IMG/VR virus record: IMGVR_UViG_3300009082_000018 | Coordinates: 45,594 to 109,593 of that record | Strand: one strand, 5' to 3' | Length of the DNA: 64,000 nt | DNA from: a virus | Part shown: in pieces, positions 45,134-54,182 of the stretch | Layout of the letters: each line of letters opens with the position of its first letter | Numbering within the stretch: position 1 is the first letter of the stretch | The notes under the pieces: model-generated | What the model saw: only the letters and a program-made list of their open reading frames with translations | Told to the model about the DNA's origin: nothing | Database searches by the model: none | Made by a program: the position numbers and the translations under genes

Positions 45134-45592
45134 TCAATCTTCCCCCTTCCTGCGGCGTACCTTCGATCCTGAGATGGTGGCGATTTTTCCGCCACTGTGC
45201 AATATGAGATCGCTTCCGCTGGATTGGATGGGGTAGTTGATAGCCTCTCGGAACGATCGGTGGAGTGCTGACGGGAGGAAGAGCTGCGTTGGTTGTCCGA
45301 AGCTGCTCGCGAGCGCGGCGGCGGCATCTTCGAAATCTTGGGGCTTGAGGGGCTGTCCCCCGAAGATGTTCCCACTTCCTCCGAAGAAGACTGGCTTTCG
45401 AGACCCGAAGAGGGGGATGTCGACGACGGTCCAAGCGCTCTTTGACGGGCTCTCAAGACGCGTTCCTGCATCTTGGTTAGCTTCACCCTGGCCATCGTCT
45501 TCCATCCTCCACGGGGCTTCTGGGCGCCTCACACGCATGCTCTGCCTCAGCTTCTCCAACTGCCGGCGAAGTTCTAGGTTGACCTCACTCAC
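45134..45592 (-). CDS. Hypothetical mosaic protein containing a PolA-like motif
   Basis: REAINYPIQSSGSDL; RRPEAPWRME. Confidence 0.6.
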   Translation of the reverse strand: MSEVNLELRRQLEKLRQSMRVRRPEAPWRMEDDGQGEANQDAGTRLESPSKSAWTVVDIPLFGSRKPVFFGGSGNIFGGQPLKPQDFEDAAAALASSFGQPTQLFLPSALHRSFREAINYPIQSSGSDLILHSGGKIATISGSKVRRRKGED

Positions 45593-46566
45593 TCAATCTT
45601 CCATGGCGCATCAGGACGCTCGATACGGCGGGCCTTCCTGGCCTTCTCTTCCTCCTCAGCAGCTTTCATCATTGCGTCTACAGCAGCGATGTGCATTGAA
45701 GGATCATCTTGCGGCCATTGGCCAAGATACTCACGACGGAAGTGATCTGTGTTTCCTGTGTGGCCAACGGAAAGTACAATGCCATCGATGATCTTTTTGA
45801 TCTCAGATTCTGAATCGGTGATGGCCCAATTGGGCATGTGGTTCTTGGCAAAATTGACGATCTCAAACATGCTGCTATGGATCTCCTGAGCAGTCTGTGC
45901 ATTGTTACGGCTACCGATGAATTTGTCCGCTTCAGAGATCATCTTCTCAGCAATGGCCTGCAGAGCTTTTTGCTTTCCGCCACGATGCCAGTCTCGAAGA
46001 CTGGCCTCGATGACCTCTATGAACTGCTGGTGACTAGGTCTGTTCAATGAATTCGGATCAATATTGGTCAACGTTGTGCGGAATGCCAAACTCGATGATG
46101 GAAGCTGCTGTGTCTCCGTAAAGAACGAAGATGGTGCAGTGTTGTCGATGTCAATCGTCTGCTCCAAAACCCAGGTGCAATAGGCCGAATCGGCCGACCG
46201 CACTAGCAGCCCCATCGGCAAATGGACCTGCCCAGACTGAGGCACCAGCAGTTCTATCTCCGGCGAGATGCTTTGCTGGCTGTGCCTGACCTGGACTACC
46301 TCCAAAGTGGCCACAATCCCTCTGCTGTCGCAGAAGTCAAGATGATCTCCTGGGCGAAGGTCTTGGTTTCGGATGGCGTGATGACCTTTGATCCAAAATG
46401 TTTGCATGGGTGTCGGTATCCTCATTGAATTGATGATCGACTGCTTGAGATGCTCCTGCCATTTTGCCCAATGTGAATCAAGATCAGAGTTGCTGATCTT
46501 AATTGACTTGATCTCAAATTCAGCGGACCCCATACTCCGTACTCCGTAGCTATAGATCGCGCGCAC
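45589..46566 (-). CDS. Hypothetical protein ending RPDAPWKIE
   Basis: Long ORF. Confidence 0.65.
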   Translation of the reverse strand: MRAIYSYGVRSMGSAEFEIKSIKISNSDLDSHWAKWQEHLKQSIINSMRIPTPMQTFWIKGHHAIRNQDLRPGDHLDFCDSRGIVATLEVVQVRHSQQSISPEIELLVPQSGQVHLPMGLLVRSADSAYCTWVLEQTIDIDNTAPSSFFTETQQLPSSSLAFRTTLTNIDPNSLNRPSHQQFIEVIEASLRDWHRGGKQKALQAIAEKMISEADKFIGSRNNAQTAQEIHSSMFEIVNFAKNHMPNWAITDSESEIKKIIDGIVLSVGHTGNTDHFRREYLGQWPQDDPSMHIAAVDAMMKAAEEEEKARKARRIERPDAPWKIE

Positions 46567-46576
46567 GCGCGCGTTT

Positions 46577-47257
46577 TTATTTATTACTATCTCTTCTTTC
46601 TTCTTTACTTTGATCTTCTTTTAAGATTGATCTTAATGGATAGAACTCTTCCCCCTTCGGGGGAAGAGATTCTACTGATCCCCTGGAAGGGAAGCCGGCA
46701 ACAGGTGAACAATTGAGATTCTTTGAGAATTGTCCACGTAGATCCTTATTTCTTCTGACAATCTCAGCCGCGACCGATTTCGTTGGAGGAGGGCTCTTTT
46801 TGATGGGCGCGGGAGAAGATTCAGGATCCACGCCCTCGCCGGCTGCAATCTTAAGCTCTTTCGCCAGCTTCTGGATCTCGTCGTCCTCAACCACGTCAGT
46901 GGAGACGGACTTCTGGGACGGACTCTCCTGACGTACGTCTACTAGGTCCGTCTCTAGAGACGGACTTCCGTGACGTGGTTCCGGCCAGGAAGGCTGCCTC
47001 TGGAACTTGAGGGAGGAGGAAGCAGACCAGCGAGCCTGCCGGTTCGAGTGGTCAGAGGTGACGAGCTTGTGGGTCCACTCGAGGTCGGCGAGCCAGCGCT
47101 CGATTGTGCGGTACCCGAGTCCGGTCATGCCGGCTAGCTCGGTTTTGGTAAGGGAACGATCGTGCCAGAGGAGGAGCAGAAGGAGAAGCTTGGGTCCAGG
47201 TTTGATGCTTGTGTCAGCGATTGGGTTTCCAAGTTGATCCATTTTTCGCCACAGCAC
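46577..47257 (-). CDS. HTH protein, possibly replication-initiator-like
   Basis: LTKTELAGMTGLGYRTIERWLADLE; AT-rich 3' end. Confidence 0.65.
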   Translation of the reverse strand: MLWRKMDQLGNPIADTSIKPGPKLLLLLLLWHDRSLTKTELAGMTGLGYRTIERWLADLEWTHKLVTSDHSNRQARWSASSSLKFQRQPSWPEPRHGSPSLETDLVDVRQESPSQKSVSTDVVEDDEIQKLAKELKIAAGEGVDPESSPAPIKKSPPPTKSVAAEIVRRNKDLRGQFSKNLNCSPVAGFPSRGSVESLPPKGEEFYPLRSILKEDQSKEERRDSNK

Positions 47258-47537
47258 ACGCGCAAAGACCCCCGCCCCCTGGTCTCATAAGAACCAGGAT
47301 CACACTGGACTCCAAGGAAGACCAAAGGGCTGGTTACCAGGGTTTGGGGGATATGGTGTGTCTGTGCCTCCTTGGGTACAGTTGTTGGTTCTTATGAGGC
47401 CTCCAGCGTCTCATGGGCATGTAGGCCTCGTCAATACCTATTGCACAACATACTACTAGTATTGATCTTTTTCCTTCTGTCTTGACACCTCTTCCGTGAC
47501 CACTTACGGTAACGTGGTACACCTGAGAGATACAATC

Positions 47538-48179
47538 ATGGGTAGACCTCGGAAGATTAAGAAGAAACCGCCACCCGTTCCACCAGGGCAGCTGATGCAG
47601 CGCCCTCGCAAGGGATCTCTTGACGAGATTACCGATAGGCGTCAGCAGGTTATACGACTGCGGCTCCGAGGCATGGGGTATCGTGCCATTGCCAAGGAGT
47701 TGGGTGTCGGGCACATGACTGTCAAGCGGGACCTCGAGGCCATCTCCGAGGAGACCCGTACCAAGATGGGCAAGCTCGAGAAGGACTACGTGCTGGCTCA
47801 GTCCCTGTCGGTGTACGAGGAGATTGAGACACAGGCCTGGGACCAGTTTTCCAAGAGCGCTCCTGGCTCCACCCAGCGGGCCAACTTCCTGCAGGTGGTA
47901 CGGGCGGCGCGCAATGACCAGGCCAAGTTGTTGATGGACATCGGCCTCATCTCCAAGACACCCCAGGAAGTGCGGCACGTCGTGACCTCGAAGGTGATCG
48001 AAGGCTGGACGCCGGCAGCTCAAGACCTTGTGGCACTGGCGATCATCAAGGCCGGGCTCACGCCGGCCATGGAGCCTATTCCCGATACCAATCAGCTTCC
48101 TGCTTCCTTCCCATCGGTGATCGATGCTCCACCAGACAGCGATGAGGACGAAGAAGAGCAAGAGGCCCCCGCTACGTGA
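47538..48179 (+). CDS. HTH protein, terminase small subunit-like
   Basis: RRQQVIRLRLRGMGYRAIAKELGVGHMTVKRDL; helical oligomer region; acidic tail. Confidence 0.65.
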   Translation: MGRPRKIKKKPPPVPPGQLMQRPRKGSLDEITDRRQQVIRLRLRGMGYRAIAKELGVGHMTVKRDLEAISEETRTKMGKLEKDYVLAQSLSVYEEIETQAWDQFSKSAPGSTQRANFLQVVRAARNDQAKLLMDIGLISKTPQEVRHVVTSKVIEGWTPAAQDLVALAIIKAGLTPAMEPIPDTNQLPASFPSVIDAPPDSDEDEEEQEAPAT

Positions 48180-48465
48180 TGTCCTTCCAAGGTGCATTGG
48201 GACGGCTGATTGGTTCTGCTTTGAAGAACTCACTCCTGGTGCTGGCTAGCTTCACTAAGATCTTTATTCCAGCAGGAACGTGATCGTAGAGAGAGCAGAC
48301 CAGGTCTTCTCTTTCTCGTTCACTGATCCCAGACACAACGATGGTTAGTAGTCCTCGGTCCTCATCGATTTTGTGGATCCAAATATCTGGATATTGATCT
48401 AGAATTAACTGATTGATGCCATAAATGGAGTAAGCGGTCGGGAGTTTGGGCTTGCTGCCTGGCAT
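48172..48465 (-). CDS. Hypothetical protein ending RPNAPWKDIT
   Basis: ORF. Confidence 0.6.
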   Translation of the reverse strand: MPGSKPKLPTAYSIYGINQLILDQYPDIWIHKIDEDRGLLTIVVSGISEREREDLVCSLYDHVPAGIKILVKLASTRSEFFKAEPISRPNAPWKDIT

Positions 48466-48474
48466 TGGTTGATC

Positions 48475-48741
48475 CTAGTCAATAATCCATGGAGCTGCCC
48501 GCCTTATCATTGGTTCGAAGAAGCTGACTGAGCCGATCTGAAAAGGCATATTGTTCTCGAGGCAGTGCAATACCCACGCTAGGTCTTCTTCTCCTACGAA
48601 AACAAGATCTACTAGACCATTGACGTTGAAGTTGATCGTTTTTAGTTTGATCTTGGGCAGGTATCGTCTGGTGTAGAACTTGACGGCTGTTTTGCAGTAG
48701 GCAAGGAACTGGCGGTGTCCCAACACTGGGTGATTTGGCAT
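48475..48741 (-). CDS. Hypothetical protein ending RRAAPWIID
   Basis: ORF. Confidence 0.55.
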   Translation of the reverse strand: MPNHPVLGHRQFLAYCKTAVKFYTRRYLPKIKLKTINFNVNGLVDLVFVGEEDLAWVLHCLENNMPFQIGSVSFFEPMIRRAAPWIID

Positions 48742-49169
48742 CAGTTGATGTCCCGATGTGGTGCTTCGCTCCGGTAGACCTTCAGCTGTTCCGGTGGATT
48801 AGCTTGAGTCCACCTCTCGATCAACTCGATCGCTTTCTTCAGGTGACCAAAGTCAGAGTAGTTGACCACCTTGTCGTTACTGTGGATCCTGACGTCGGTG
48901 ATGAAGTCGCTGTGCCGGCGGCCCTCGTCATCTAGAGACTTCCAGATCGCGAACTCGACCCCGGTGTAGGACTCAGCGGGGGCCCCGGGGATGGAGTGGA
49001 GCCCAAAGCCAGCCTGGATGGACAGGATGTAGCCGTTGGGGGAGAGAGCGTGGATCGAGATGCCACGGGAGTCCCGCCACAGCTCCTCGACGTCGCTTCG
49101 ATCGGAGATGACCCGCCAGCCTCGATCGATCAGGAGCTTCACGAGAAGGTCTTGCGTCATGGTTGACAT
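48741..49169 (-). CDS. Hypothetical protein ending RSEAPHRDIN
   Basis: ORF with GGAG SD. Confidence 0.6.
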   Translation of the reverse strand: MSTMTQDLLVKLLIDRGWRVISDRSDVEELWRDSRGISIHALSPNGYILSIQAGFGLHSIPGAPAESYTGVEFAIWKSLDDEGRRHSDFITDVRIHSNDKVVNYSDFGHLKKAIELIERWTQANPPEQLKVYRSEAPHRDIN

Positions 49170-49444
49170 CGTTCTGCTCCCTGTTCTACTCTCTCCACAG
49201 AGGCGTCATAGGCCTGTTGGAGTCTGCCGGTTGGCGCCAGCCGCCAGCGGCCTTTGGCGACACTCCGTAGCGGAAAGCAGACTCGCCTCGGGGGCACCCG
49301 AGGCTGACCGCTATCGAGCCTCTATTTCGTAGTCCTCGTCGTAGTCGGCGACTTCTTCTTCGTAGGCCGCCTCGGTGTCTGCCGCCTCCAAAAGCTCTGT
49401 GTCCGAGAGTAACCAGATCGCTTCGTCTCTCCAGCCACGCTCCT

Positions 49445-49696
49445 TCAAGTAGCTCTTGGCGTACCGCCAAGAAGACAGATGCGGGGCATCAGAACACCGA
49501 GGTGGAGACGCCGAACCTTGTCCTCCCGGTCCATCTCCAGGCGGAGCATGTGGAGGTCTTCAAGGATCTGAGCGGTTTCTTTGTCCTCGATGGCTTTCAG
49601 CCTGTTGGCTTCCTTTTGCTCCTCTGGTGTGAGAGTGATCTCCTCTTCCCACTCTCGTTTCCAGTCCGTGTCGCAATTGTTGATTGATCGGCTCAT
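49445..49696 (-). CDS. Hypothetical protein
   Basis: ORF. Confidence 0.5.
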   Translation of the reverse strand: MSRSINNCDTDWKREWEEEITLTPEEQKEANRLKAIEDKETAQILEDLHMLRLEMDREDKVRRLHLGVLMPRICLLGGTPRAT

Positions 49697-49730
49697 TGAT
49701 CCCTCTTCGTACGGTAGTAGAACGACACCT

Positions 49731-50309
49731 TCACTGTGTCACTAGTCGTGGTTGGCACATCACCTCGTCGTAGATCTTTTTTGCTGCTTCGTACGATTCG
49801 GCTTGGAATTCCTTGATCCGTGTTGCCCCCTTCGTGAGGAAATCCTTCTGAGGATGATTGGCTGGTAGCAATGTGAGTTCCAGATCATCCTTGTTCCAGA
49901 TCTCCCAGTCCTTCACGTCTTCCCAGGTCAGCTCCCACTCTTTCTCGTCCCAGGGAGCTTTACCCTTTGTGATCAGCTTCCACTCGTCTTCAGTCGGGTC
50001 ACGGAACTCGCCTCGAAGCTCAGCGTCGTACTCCCCATCCCGATCAGGCCCCCAGCTATGCATCCTGCCTTCCCAGATGCTGATCCCATCAGGAGCATTG
50101 TCAAGCCCATTGTCATCGAGCCTGTAGCTACCAGAGCCTTCGTGCCAGGCTGCCCAGCAGGAACCGATAGCGTAGAGAACACATCCAGCTCCACCATTGC
50201 AGGCCACCACCAGTCGGCTGTTCATCTCTCTTTTGTACTTCGACCACGGAGAAAGCTGCTCTCCAAGATCGATGGGCTCTGCAACCGTCCAGTCTTTGTT
50301 TGGCATCAC
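49731..50309 (-). CDS. Hypothetical protein
   Basis: ORF. Confidence 0.6.
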   Translation of the reverse strand: MMPNKDWTVAEPIDLGEQLSPWSKYKREMNSRLVVACNGGAGCVLYAIGSCWAAWHEGSGSYRLDDNGLDNAPDGISIWEGRMHSWGPDRDGEYDAELRGEFRDPTEDEWKLITKGKAPWDEKEWELTWEDVKDWEIWNKDDLELTLLPANHPQKDFLTKGATRIKEFQAESYEAAKKIYDEVMCQPRLVTQ

Positions 50310-50563
50310 TTTTTCTCGCTCTCAACTTGATCCAACTTGGTGTACAGAATAGCTTTTGTCTTCTCTCGACGATAGAATGACACCTTGACCGAATTAGGAT
50401 CAAGGTCCCACATCGGATCTGCGTCCTCGAAGTCGTTTCCAGGAAATAAAGACCCACGCCAACTACGCACACACTCTTCGATGTAGCCTCGGGCGTCAGT
50501 CTTGGTCGCCGTGGGTGGCAGTTCCAGTTCCACCACAAACTTGGCTTTGACTTTCCGCTTCAT
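50306..50563 (-). CDS. Hypothetical protein
   Basis: ORF with coupled overlaps. Confidence 0.55.
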   Translation of the reverse strand: MKRKVKAKFVVELELPPTATKTDARGYIEECVRSWRGSLFPGNDFEDADPMWDLDPNSVKVSFYRREKTKAILYTKLDQVESEKK

Positions 50564-50832
50564 CGTCTCTGCCTTGGTTCCCAGGGGACTGCAATCCTTC
50601 CGTCACCGTTGCAACGATCGCAGACCTCGCGGTTCTGGCGCCGGCCTACAGGGCAGTCTCCCACACGATGTAGCTCGTCGGTAAAGTCTTCCATGAAGAC
50701 CCAGTCCCTGACTGTGCCATGGCCCCCACATTCTGGACAAAGCACAAGTTTCCATCCTGGCCTACGCTTCCCGTTGCGTGGATACGTGTTGAGATCACGT
50801 ATCCCCTGACTCGTAAGTTTCGACTCTGGCAT
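50560..50832 (-). CDS. DnaJ-type Zn-finger small protein
   Basis: CPECGGHG, CDRCNGDG. Confidence 0.6.
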   Translation of the reverse strand: MPESKLTSQGIRDLNTYPRNGKRRPGWKLVLCPECGGHGTVRDWVFMEDFTDELHRVGDCPVGRRQNREVCDRCNGDGRIAVPWEPRQRR

Positions 50833-50848
50833 CTTCTAATCCTTGACG

Positions 50849-51103
50849 CTACTTTTCGTCTGCATCTGACATGTGGTGCATTACCTTGTTGCGAAGAGGC
50901 TTCAGTCCGGCTTTGATTCGATTACGATCACATTCCTCAAGAAGCTTGAGCTTCTCCCACTGGGCCACACGTTTTGCTACGTCCATTGGGTCCTGAGACC
51001 CTTCAAGAGCTTCAGTAGGGACACCCTTGCGGATCGCCCGGTCAATGGCATAACGCAGCAGCGCATCTTGATCCTCGTCCGAGATGAGCTTCTTCTCTTC
51101 CAT
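50849..51103 (-). CDS. Hypothetical protein
   Basis: ORF. Confidence 0.55.
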   Translation of the reverse strand: MEEKKLISDEDQDALLRYAIDRAIRKGVPTEALEGSQDPMDVAKRVAQWEKLKLLEECDRNRIKAGLKPLRNKVMHHMSDADEK

Positions 51104-51112
51104 GACAAAACC

Positions 51113-51379
51113 TCATCGGTTGATCTCCTTTTTGATCTTCTCCACATCTTCCACGCAGAGTGCTTTGACCTCGTCGTCTGCCACCTTGTCAAGGAAGTAC
51201 AGGAGGAGGAACCCGAAGTCCTTGCGGTTGAGCACACCTTGCGCGAGCCTGTCCCAATCAACGTAGGCCTGGTCAAAGTGGAATCCTTCATGGATGTAGA
51301 TCTCAAAGGCCAACCTCGCTGCTTGTGACTGTGTGAAGTCGTTGCCTGCGATGGTTAGCATGACGGATTCTCTTGCCAT
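51113..51379 (-). CDS. Hypothetical protein
   Basis: ORF. Confidence 0.55.
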   Translation of the reverse strand: MARESVMLTIAGNDFTQSQAARLAFEIYIHEGFHFDQAYVDWDRLAQGVLNRKDFGFLLLYFLDKVADDEVKALCVEDVEKIKKEINR

Positions 51380-52577
51380 GCTTGATCACTTTCTTCTGGG
51401 GTGCAATGGTCTTCGTGGGTGCAGAGTGGGTGCTCGACAGCTCATGAACGCAGTGCCGGACAGCCAGACCAAACCCAATGAGGCAGGCTATCAGAATCGC
51501 CAGGGTGAGGACGATCCAGAAAGCATTCTCGAGGCGCTCCCGAAGAGGAGGTCTTGCTTGCCCGAAGACCACTCTGGGAGGTGCAGAGAAGCTTGGGTAG
51601 CGGGCTGCAGTTCGAGGAGAGAACACTGGAGCCACTGCCAGCTCGATCACCTTCAGGTGAGTCTTGCCGGGTGCCAGACGGGTTCCTCGGCCGATCATCT
51701 GCTCGTAGAGAGAGCGAGAGTCGGTGTTACGGGCCAGGATTACGCACTCGACCGTGGGCTCGTCGTAGCCCTCGGTGAGCACGTTGCAGTTGGCCAGCAC
51801 CTTGATCTTGCTCTGGCTGAATTGCTTCAGTGTCTCGGCGCGGTCTTCCTTGTCCATGCCACCGTGGACGAAGCAGGCCTTGATGTCGCCCTGGTTGAAT
51901 GCGTTGGCCACTTCGATGGAGTGCCCCACGTCATGACAGAAGATGATCGTCTTCTGGTTGGAGGCCAGGGTCTTGTAGGCCTGCAGGACGTGTTCTGCAT
52001 CCAGAGACTCGACCTGGTGCTCGATCTTCTGTATCGGGACCAGGAAGCCCTTGTGGGTCAGCTCGTCCATGCCCATCGAGAAGATCACACCGTCTGTGAA
52101 GACCTCGAGGAGGTCTGCATCATCGGAGCGGTATGGCGTGGCTGTGAAGCCGATCACCACTGCGCTCGAGAAGTGGTCCACGACCCGACGGTAGCTCTGT
52201 GCTGAGGCGTGGTGGCACTCGTCGATGATCACCAGGTCGAACTCGCTGGCGTTGAACTTGAGGAGCCTGCCGTTCGTGTTGAGGCTCTGGATGGACGCCA
52301 CCACGACCGGGCAGTTCTCGCTGGCCTTCTGCTTGGCCTTCTCGATCTCAGCGCTCAGGCCAGCGTCTTGCAGCTTGTCCTGGGCCTGGGTTAGCAGCTC
52401 GCCTCGGTGGGCAATCACGAGGGTGCGCTTGCGACTCAGAACCTTGGGCAGTTCAGAGAAGATGACTGTCTTGCCGCCACCTGTGGCCAGGTGAGCCAAC
52501 ATCCGACGCTTGCCTACCATGACAGCGTCCAGGATGCTGGAGAGACAGGAGTTCTGGTATGGTCGAAGTGTTCTCAT
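51303..52577 (-). CDS. SF2 DExH helicase with C-terminal transmembrane segment
   Basis: LRPYQ, ATGGGKT, DECHH, GFTATP, LTEGYDEP, QMIGRGTR. Confidence 0.9.
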   Translation of the reverse strand: MRTLRPYQNSCLSSILDAVMVGKRRMLAHLATGGGKTVIFSELPKVLSRKRTLVIAHRGELLTQAQDKLQDAGLSAEIEKAKQKASENCPVVVASIQSLNTNGRLLKFNASEFDLVIIDECHHASAQSYRRVVDHFSSAVVIGFTATPYRSDDADLLEVFTDGVIFSMGMDELTHKGFLVPIQKIEHQVESLDAEHVLQAYKTLASNQKTIIFCHDVGHSIEVANAFNQGDIKACFVHGGMDKEDRAETLKQFSQSKIKVLANCNVLTEGYDEPTVECVILARNTDSRSLYEQMIGRGTRLAPGKTHLKVIELAVAPVFSPRTAARYPSFSAPPRVVFGQARPPLRERLENAFWIVLTLAILIACLIGFGLAVRHCVHELSSTHSAPTKTIAPQKKVIKHGKRIRHANHRRQRLHTVTSSEVGL

Positions 52578-52696
52578 CCTGAGCAAATATAGTCGATCTC
52601 ACTTTTCCTACTCGATGTCACTCCATTGAGTGTTGACTCGCTTGCACTGCCTGAGTAGCTTCCAGAGCACTACCTCTTCCCAGACTTCCCACTGGT

Positions 52697-53002
52697 TCAG
52701 GTCCCAGTTCCAGATGAGGATGTAGACGGACATGGCGTAACCATCTTTCGTCGATCTGAATTCAGAGTACAGCAGCACCCGTCACCAATGTATAGCTGCC
52801 GTTCAATCCGAAGTCGATCCTTTTTATTCGCATCAAGAACCAGACCACACCAGTAGCGACCATCTTGAAAGCGGAGAGCCCCACAAGGGGGTTTGTGACC
52901 GTAGAGAGCAGCGCCGACGATGCATGGTGCCTTCTTGCAGCAGAAGCCGCAACCCACGCAAGACGGATAGGCTACAGAGGTTCTGGGCTGTAGATCTTCC
53001 AT
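52697..53002 (-). CDS. Cys-rich putative Fe-S protein
   Basis: CVGCGFCC...C...C...C. Confidence 0.6.
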   Translation of the reverse strand: MEDLQPRTSVAYPSCVGCGFCCKKAPCIVGAALYGHKPPCGALRFQDGRYWCGLVLDANKKDRLRIERQLYIGDGCCCTLNSDRRKMVTPCPSTSSSGTGT

Positions 53003-53247
53003 GATGCCTCAAGCAGTAAGGCCTGCTCCGCGATGGATGTGGCCTCTTCCAGTTCTCCGGCTGCTTTGGCTTTCAGTGCCTTGTCACGGAGGTACCTGAT
53101 CCTTTCTCGTACCGTGTCTCTGAATTCTTGTATCTGCCAGGCTTGCTCACGAGCGTATTCCTCGAGAGATTTCCCAGGTGCCTTTTCCTCCTCGTATGGG
53201 TCGATCCCATATTTGATCCAGTCTATTTCTCTTTGGTCCATCACCAC
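52972..53247 (-). CDS. Hypothetical protein
   Basis: ORF. Confidence 0.55.
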   Translation of the reverse strand: MVMDQREIDWIKYGIDPYEEEKAPGKSLEEYAREQAWQIQEFRDTVRERIRYLRDKALKAKAAGELEEATSIAEQALLLEASWKIYSPEPL

Positions 53248-53924
53248 ACAGCCTTTTTGGATCGTCCTGAGATTGCCGATCCGAGTTTGGTTTTGGGCTT
53301 CTTCTTCCTTTTGGACTGGCGCCGTACCTTGACGCTGGTCACCGTGGAGTCTTTCATGTTCTCCACGTACGGCTCGAGAGCAGAGATGATGTCACCGAAG
53401 CCACAGTGGTGAAACGTTTCACCTAGAAGGGAAGAGGCTGCGCTCAGGAACGTGTCGTAGTGGTTGAGGGCCACCTTGCTGAGGATGTGTGTGTCTGCCC
53501 AGGCAATGCTCCAGAGCATTGCGGCGTAGGCGTGAGCACGCTTTTTGCCAGCCTTCAGCATGATCTTGTGGGTCTTGGCATCGAAGTGGCAGGTGGACCC
53601 AACCATCCTCTTGCTGTACTCGATCTCGATTCCCATTCTCTTGACTTCATCTCTGTTGTTCCAGCAGATGAACTTGATGATCTGGGTGAATTCTTTTCTG
53701 ATGCGCCACGGGTAGCAGTCGCTTTCCTCTTGGAGCTGGATCCGCCGGGCTTTGGTCTCTTCTTTGCGGTTCTCTTGCATGGTCAAAGAAGACACCATGG
53801 CTCGTCGGATCAGTGATCCTGCTTTCTCTGAGCAGGGAAGGCAATAGCGCCGGATATCGTCGTGATGCATGGTCTTTGGTGCTCGCAGGCCGGTGTTGCA
53901 GTTTGGACAGCGCCAGATCTTCAT
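53241..53924 (-). CDS. Hypothetical protein with N-terminal Zn finger
   Basis: CPNC...CLPC. Confidence 0.6.
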   Translation of the reverse strand: MKIWRCPNCNTGLRAPKTMHHDDIRRYCLPCSEKAGSLIRRAMVSSLTMQENRKEETKARRIQLQEESDCYPWRIRKEFTQIIKFICWNNRDEVKRMGIEIEYSKRMVGSTCHFDAKTHKIMLKAGKKRAHAYAAMLWSIAWADTHILSKVALNHYDTFLSAASSLLGETFHHCGFGDIISALEPYVENMKDSTVTSVKVRRQSKRKKKPKTKLGSAISGRSKKAVW

Positions 53925-53926
53925 GA

Positions 53927-54169
53927 TCAGTTCCTGATGATCTCGATATGGAGGTCCATCGGAATGTCGAAGACAGCTCTGGTGGCGGTTTTCAGGTCCA
54001 CGGTGCGATAGGGAAGGTTGATGGAGACTCCCACGACTTCCTCGGTGAGTAGCTCGACTCCTTGTACTCCGGCAAAGGCTGAGGCGGGTCCGAAGATGAC
54101 GAGGTCTCCCACCTGCATTTCCTTCACACAGATCAGCATTCGGTTCTCCATATTCTTCTCCTCAGCCAT
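53927..54169 (-). CDS. Hypothetical protein
   Basis: ORF from MAEEKN. Confidence 0.5.
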   Translation of the reverse strand: MAEEKNMENRMLICVKEMQVGDLVIFGPASAFAGVQGVELLTEEVVGVSINLPYRTVDLKTATRAVFDIPMDLHIEIIRN

Positions 54170-54182
54170 AGTGTCTTCGATC

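Noticed and set aside
45124-45495. S-rich N-terminal extension of ORF 44605-45495 as a true overlapping gene
   Set aside because: Low-complexity frame shadow of 45134-45592; the internal start is more plausible
46560-46625. Programmed frameshift fusing 46577-47257 to 45589-46566
   Set aside because: The alternative frame is open only briefly and no convincing slippery site with a stimulator is visible
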